Below are positions 57,481 to 64,000 of a stretch of DNA of 64,000 nucleotides, piece by piece. The position numbers and the translations under genes are program-made. The notes below the pieces were generated by a model. That model saw nothing but the letters and a program-made list of their open reading frames with translations. It was not told the DNA's origin and ran no database searches. Source of the DNA: the human T2T-CHM13v2.0 reference genome, Homo sapiens. The stretch lies in the NCBI RefSeq assembly GCF_009914755.1, contig NC_060936.1, one strand, 5' to 3'. Every line of letters starts with the position of its first letter. Positions within the stretch are counted from its first letter, which is position 1.

Positions 57481-59533
57481 CCTTGGCTATTTTAGGTCTT
57501 TTAGATTTTCATAATAGTTCTAGAATTAGCTTGTCAATTTCCATAAAATTCCTTTGTGAGAACTGTGATTGGAACACATGAATGAATTTATAGATTCATT
57601 TAGTGAATATCAATATCTTAACAATATTTAATCTTCCAACACATGAACATAGGATATCTCTCAATTTATTTAGCTTTTCCTTAATTTCTTTCAGCATTCA
57701 AGATAGCCAAATTGTTAAGATAGAATGACCATTAAAGATAACAGAATAGAAAGTCCAGAAGTAGACCCATGCATATCTAGACAACAGATTTTTGACAAAG
57801 GTATGAAGGCACTTCATTGAACAAATATACCCTTTTTAAAATATCTTGCTGGAACAATTGCCTATCCATATGCAAAAAGTAAAACTTCATTTCATACTTC
57901 TCACCATACACAAAAATTTATTTCAAATGGATCATAGACCTAAATGTCAAACCTGAAACAATAAAACTTCTAGAGGAAACATGGGAAAGAACTTCTATAA
58001 CCTTGAGTTAGACAAAGATTTCAGAAATACGTTACCAAAAGCATGATTTACAAAGACCAAATCTATAAACTAGACTTCTTTAATGTTAAAATTCGTGACC
58101 TATAAAAAACAATGTTGAGAGACTGAAAAGCCCCCCAAAGTCTGGCCATAAACTGGCCCCAAAACTGGCCATAAATAAAATCTCTCCAGCAAGGTAACAT
58201 GTCCATAATGGCCATAACGCCCAAGCTGGAAGGTTGTGGGTTTACAGGAATGAGGGCAAGGAACACCCGGCCTGCCCAGGGTGGAAAACCGCTTAAAGGC
58301 ATTCTTAAGCTACAAAGAAAAGCCTGAGCAATCTCTGTCTTAAGGGTGTGTTCTTGCTGCAATTAATTTGGCTCATCCCTTCATTTCCCTTAAGGGATAC
58401 TTTTAGTTAATTTAATATCTATAGAAACAATGCTAATGACTGCTTTGCTGTTAATAAATATGTGGGTAAATCTCTGTTTGGGGCTGTCAGCTCTGAAGGC
58501 TGTAAGACCCCTGATTTCCCACTTCACACCTCTGTATTTCTGTGTGTGTGTCTTTAATTCCTCTAGCACCACTGGGTTAGGGTCACCAGCCCGAGATGGT
58601 CTCGGCAGTCACGCAATGGGAGACTATTTCAAAGCATACATCTGAAAAAGGACTTGTAAAATATATACATATAAAGGACTTTCAAACTTCAATATTAAAA
58701 AAAACCTCAATTTAAAAGGTAGGCAAATGGTTTGAACACTTTACAAAAAGATATGAATAGAAAATAGGTGGATGAAAAGATGCTTGATATCATCAGTCAT
58801 TAAGAAAATGCAAATTAAACCACAGAGAGAAAGTACTATAAATTTAGACTGCCTAAGATTTAAAAAGATTGACCATACTAAGTGTTGAAAAGAATGTGAA
58901 GCAACTGGACCACTCATATACTGTTGGTGTGGATGTAAAAATCACACAACTTTGGAGAATAATTTGACAGTTTTAAAAAAATGTAAACAAATAAGTACTA
59001 CTCCTAAATATTTACCTGAGGGCACTGAAAGCATATTTATATAGAGAGACTTGTATGTAAGCATTCGTAGTAGCTCTACTTATAATAGCCCTGAACCAAA
59101 ACAACCAAAATATCCATTAGCAGATGAAAGAATACATAATTTGTGATATTTCCATGCAATGGAATTTGACTCCTCAGTAAAATATAATGGATCCTTGTTA
59201 TATGCAATAGCATAAACAAATCTCAAAATAATTGTATTGAATAAAAGAAGACAGATCAAAAGAGAATGTACTTGATAATGTCATATAAAAATTCTACAAA
59301 AGGCAAACTGATCTTTAGACAAACAGCAGCTAAGTGGTTGCTAGCAAGCAGGAGTGAAGGGAGGGAAGGATTGCATAGGGGCATTACAAATGGGGTGAGA
59401 TGCATATTCATTATCTTGATTGTGATGTTAGTTTTATGGGTGTATACATATGGCAAAACTAATCAAATTGTAGACTTTAAATATGTGTAGCAATATTATA
59501 GTTCAATTATATCTCAATAAAGCTGTTTAAAAG
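57481..59533 (+). mobile_element. L1MC/MD-like LINE-1 (ORF2 3' part plus 3' UTR); 57481-57698 antisense; interrupted by MER9
   Basis: aacagaatagaaagtccagaagtagaccc, aaatggatcatagacctaaatg; 3' end gttcaattatatctcaataaagctgtt. Confidence 0.85.
58128..58607 (+). mobile_element. MER9 (HERV-K HML-3 / HERVK9) solo LTR lacking its extreme 5' end
   Basis: ctggccataaactggccccaaaactggccataaa ... ctgggttagggtc...ggtctcggca. Confidence 0.9.
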
Positions 59534-59991
59534 ATGAATGCACACAATCAGAATGGCAATTTTGTAAAGGGACATGAAAAATAAAACTGCCACATGGATT
59601 GCAGCCTGAGAAGAGATATTTTTCCCTGAAAATAGTCTATTTAGGAAACCAAATAACTATATTTATTGTAGAGTAAGAAGTTAGAACAAGAAAAGATAGA
59701 CAAATTGACTGTATAATGGAATTAGGCTATATATTCCCAATATATCCATCTCTGTTTTAGGACAGACTTCCACAGATAATTAAAAATTAGTGATGTTTTG
59801 ATCAAACTTTCTGTCCCCTGGACAGAGCTGAGAAGAGTTTTGTCAATATTTTCCTCTGTTACTCACCTTCTTTGCTTCCATGATGGTCTGAAACATAATG
59901 GTCATTTTTTTTCCTTTACCTATGTTAACGTATTCAATCAGACTTTAGTTTTTAATTCATGGTGAGTCTCTCAAATAATTTCTTCACAACA

Positions 59992-60428
59992 CAATGATGA
60001 CTAGTTATATATATATATATCAACCTGGGTTAGGCTATAGTAGTCAATAATGTAATAAAATACTAATCTGTATGTTGCTGTGAAGGCATTGTGCAGATGT
60101 GGCTAAAACCTACAATCAGTTGACTTTAACATGGTTTTAGTAGAGCAGATTACTTTCAATAATGTGGATGGCCTCATGCAATCACTGAAAGCCTGAAGAG
60201 TAAATATGGGTTTTCTAGACAAATAATTTTGCCTCAAATCTATAACATCATTCCTGCATGAGTTTTCTGCTGAATGGCTTGCCTCACAAATTTTGGAGTT
60301 GTTAGCCCCACAACCATATGAGCCACCTCCTTACAATAAATATTGTAATATGTCTATATCTACATCAACATTTCTATACATCTGTATTACACTGATTATG
60401 GTTTTCTGGAGAATTCTGACTGATAACA
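59992..60428 (+). mobile_element. MLT2D-like ERVL LTR
   Basis: actaatctgtatgttgctgtgaagg...acaatcagttgactttaa...ttctggagaattctgactgata. Confidence 0.8.
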
Positions 60429-60564
60429 TTAGTAATATAATATGCACTGATTTCATAGATTTACTATGCAGAGGAATATCTTTCCTGATTTCCTGAACTG
60501 TGGCACTCTAATTTTCTCACCCCAGTGCTAATAAGATCTTAATTAACACATAGTGAATTATTTT

Positions 60565-60967
60565 TTCTTTTCTTTTCTCTTTTTCTTTCTTTCTTTTTTT
60601 TTCTTTTCTTTCTCTCTTTCTCTCTCTCTCTTTCTTTCTCTCTCTCCTTCCTTCCTTCCTTCTTTCCTACCTTCCTTTCTTTTCTTTTCAGGGTCTCACT
60701 CTGGTTACCCAGGCTGGAGTGCAATAGTGCCATCACTGGTCACTACAGCCTCAACCTCCCCAGCTCAGGTGACTCTCCAGCCACAGCCTCTGAGTAGCTG
60801 GGACTAAGTGCATGTGCCACCATGCCCTGCTAGTTTTTTGTAGTTTTTGTAGAGATGGAGTTTCATCATGTTGCCCAGTCTAGTCACAAACTCCTGGACT
60901 CAAGCAATTGGCCAGCTTTGGGCTCCTAAAATGTTGGAGTTACAGATGTGAGTCACCACACCAGGTC
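60565..60967 (-). mobile_element. AluJ with an expanded pyrimidine microsatellite tail (60565-60688)
   Basis: cagggtctcactctg...cactacagcctcaacctcc; TSD tagtgaattatttt / tagtaaactatttt. Confidence 0.92.
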
Positions 60968-61081
60968 TAGTAAACTATTTTCATGATTATTTTAAGATAA
61001 TCATAATCATTAATATTTTAAAATATATATATAATTTTTAAAGTTTTTTAAATGTTTTATTTCATCTTATCTGAAAATACA

Positions 61082-61480
61082 TGTATTAGTCAGTTTGGGT
61101 TGCCATAACAAAATACCATAGGCTGGGCAGTTTAAACACAGAAATTTATTTCTCACAGTTCCAGAGCCCAGAAGTGAAAGATCAAGGCTGGCCATTGTTT
61201 CAAAGTGTTCTTGTTGAAGCTTATGAATAGCCACCTTTTTTCTGTGTGTTCAAAAGGTTTTTCCTTGGTGAGTTCATACAGAGAGAGAGCAGGATAAAGT
61301 TCTCTGGTATCTCTTCTTATAAAGGAACTGATCCCATCATGTGAGTCCCGCCTACACAACCTCATCTAACCATGGTTACCAACCAAAGGCCTCTGTCTTC
61401 TAATATCACAACCTGGTGAATTAGGCCTGCAACATACGATTTTTTTTTTTGAGTTGGGGGCATAATTCAATCCACAGAGA
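61082..61480 (-). mobile_element. MLT1A-type solo LTR
   Basis: tgtattagtcagtttgggttgccataacaaaataccatagg...tctcttcttataaagg. Confidence 0.88.
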
Positions 61481-61544
61481 TATGCTCCCCTCTAAATAAC
61501 ACTAATAACTGATTTTCCTAGGAATTCTACATTTCTTAAAATAG

Positions 61545-61740
61545 TCTTGCATATTTTGTCTCATTTGATTTTAACGGCCACTCTATCAAGTATAAACTGA
61601 ATAGCATATCACTATATTTCATAGGAGGGAAATAAACTAAAACTAAAAAAGTTAAATGACTTCCCCAGCACAACTGTAATAACAGATACAAGAACTATTT
61701 CTTTCTAAGTTGTTGCACTATTCTTATTTCGCCACACCAC
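61545..61740 (-). mobile_element. MIR remnant
   Basis: tctcatttgat...atttcataggagga...agttaaatgacttcccca. Confidence 0.5.
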
Positions 61741-62050
61741 ATTCCCTAAAAACATCTTCAAATCCATAAAATGATGATATAGCTGTATGGAGTACAGAGT
61801 ATAAAGGCAGGTGCAATATAAGGTCCTTGGTTCTGGCATGTCTACTGACTTTGCCCTCAAAACCCTGAAAGATAACTTCCTAAATCTAAGCAGCAGCTAG
61901 GTTTCCAATGGGAAAAAACATTACTTTGCTTCAAATGTATAACAAAATCATAATAAGCCTTTCTCAAATCAAATTAAATTACATTAAAATTGTTGCTGTT
62001 TATTTAAAAGTTATAATTATACTATATCTTTAAAATTCTATATAAATTAC

Positions 62051-62389
62051 AGCCATAAAAAACTGATGAGTTCAGGTCCTTTGCAGGGACATGGATGAAG
62101 CTGGAAACCATCATTCTCAGCAAACTATCATAAGAACAGAAAACCAAACACTGCATGTTCTCACTCATAAGTGGGAGTAGAACAACGAGAACACATGGAC
62201 ACAGGGAGGGGAACATCACACACCGGGGCCTGTTGGGGGTTGGGGGGCTAGGGGAGGGATGACATTAGGAGAAAGACCTAATGTAGGTGACAGGTTGATG
62301 GGTGCAGCAAACCATCATGCCACGTGTATACCTATGTAACAAAACTGCACGTTCTGCATATGTACCCCAGAACTGAAAGTATAAAACAA
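62051..62389 (+). mobile_element. L1PA7-like 5'-truncated LINE-1
   Basis: Perfect 19-bp TSD aaaattctatataaattac at 62032-62050 and 62390-62408; L1PA 3' UTR. Confidence 0.95.
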
Positions 62390-63419
62390 AAAATTCTATA
62401 TAAATTACTATATTAAAAAATAGCCAAAAACTTACTTTGTGCATTGCATTAAATAGCCTATGTTTTTTTCACCTGAAGTAAAGACAATACTGTAAAGCAG
62501 AGATGCGTGTGTGTAAATGCTGGGGTCTGGATTTGTATTCACTTCATCCATTTCTCCCTGAGATATCCCCATGGAAAGCTTAGTCTTTTCATGCTACCAG
62601 AGTGATTTGAAAATGTTTGTTCCAGGTGATACCTGCATAGAGTTTAATATTTTCAATATGTGGATTTTTGTTCTTCTTAGAATAGATATTTATGCTTAAA
62701 AATGTAAAGGGTTGTCACAATGGGACTGTATGCCTACCACAGTAGAGACAGCTCCCAACAATACAGTAGAAACCCTAGATTTGTGCCTTCCCACTGACTT
62801 TGACCTCAAGGCACTGAAAGATAACCATTTTGTCTAACAGTAAGTAGTAATTCAGTTTCCAGTTCAGCTAAAACCATAGCCTCACCTCAATTTTAACAGT
62901 TGAAATTCTTATGTCCTCTCTGGGTCACATCTGGTCACTTTTAAAACCTCTTAAATTCAGTTACCATGGAACCAATGGATATCACATATAGTATCCTGAG
63001 GGTGAGCTGAAAAAGTAAGTCAGAAAATGCCTTTCTCTAATAGCTTCTTTTCAAAATTTTCCAAAGAACATATTATATTGAGCACAATCCATGGGACACT
63101 TTACATTTTTCTGATGATAGGTGACAGCTGTTGATTGAGATCTTACATCATGAGCTTCTACTGAAACTCAACAAACTGCATTTCAATTACCCAAAGTTTC
63201 TTTGGCCTTACACTGGTGTCACAAAAATAAATTGCTATAAAACTTTGCAATCATATACCACTAAAGGTTTTACTAGACCAAGTTGGCAGGTTATCACAGA
63301 AGCACATATTTGGATAAAGATGAATCAAAGGAATTTTGATAAGCTGCAAAATGTTAGAAAATAAAGCTAGGGAACATATTTTTATGTCCGAATCCTTTTT
63401 TTTTTTTTTAAAAAAAAGA

Positions 63420-63655
63420 AACTAACATTAATTAGTATTTACTTAGCACAATTCTTAGGTATAATTCTTATTACTGCATGTTTTTATTAACTCATTAAGT
63501 CGTTGCCTAACTTTTTGAGAAAGATACATGTATTAACTTTCTCTTCCCTTTATAGATAAGAAAACTAAGGCACAAAACACTTAGTAAATTTCTTATATTA
63601 TTCAGATAAGTGCCAAAATCAAAATTCAAACACAGTCACTCTGGCTTCATAGGTT
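63420..63655 (-). mobile_element. MIR
   Basis: tttatagataagaaaactaaggcaca...aaattcaaacacag...tctggcttca. Confidence 0.7.
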
Positions 63656-63804
63656 TCTGCATGTAAGTATATTCATATTCAAATGAATATAGTGAGTCAT
63701 GAACAAAAAAGTTGAATTATATTAAAATTTATATATGGTGGTTATTTTGTTATGCAAAATTGGTATCTCTAAGGAACACCTCACAAACTTCCACAAACAC
63801 AAAT

Positions 63805-64000
63805 ATGGAGTAAAACATGCTGTTTTGATACACGGATGCATTGTGTAATGATCGAATTGGGGCAATTAGAGTATTCATCAACTTGAACGTTTGTCATTTA
63901 TTTATATGAGAATATTAAAAACCTCTCTTCTGCCTGTTTTGAAATATATACTGCATTACTGTTAACTCTACTCATCCTACTATTCAGTAGAACATCATGG
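63805..64000 (-). mobile_element. L1MA 3' end, running off the window
   Basis: gttttgatacacggatgcattgtgtaatgatc...ttttgaaatatatac...tgttaact. Confidence 0.75.

Overview
This is AT-rich, CpG-poor anthropoid primate DNA, probably human, and looks intergenic or deep-intronic. I cannot support any protein-coding exon, RNA gene, CpG island or CRISPR array. The ORF track uses TTG/GTG starts, and the ORFs I can explain are translations of repeats or microsatellites; the rest match nothing I recognise. Roughly half the window is recognisable interspersed repeat: L1 fragments of several ages, Alu/FLAM, MIR, L2, a near-full-length Tigger1, Tigger2a, MER1A/1B/2/20/45A, a complete LTR-int-LTR THE1B element, solo THE1, MLT1, MLT2, LTR16, LTR33 and MER9 LTRs, and several microsatellites. 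I found no evidence of a novel biological system. The most notable items are four L1 copies with 5'-inversion (twin-priming) geometry, several nested insertions with readable target-site duplications (TSDs), three intact DUX4 motifs in THE1 LTRs, two diverged local duplications, perfect short tandem duplications, and a few motif-dense unique stretches that may be enhancers. Subfamily names come from recalled consensus sequences, and boundaries of old repeats are approximate.
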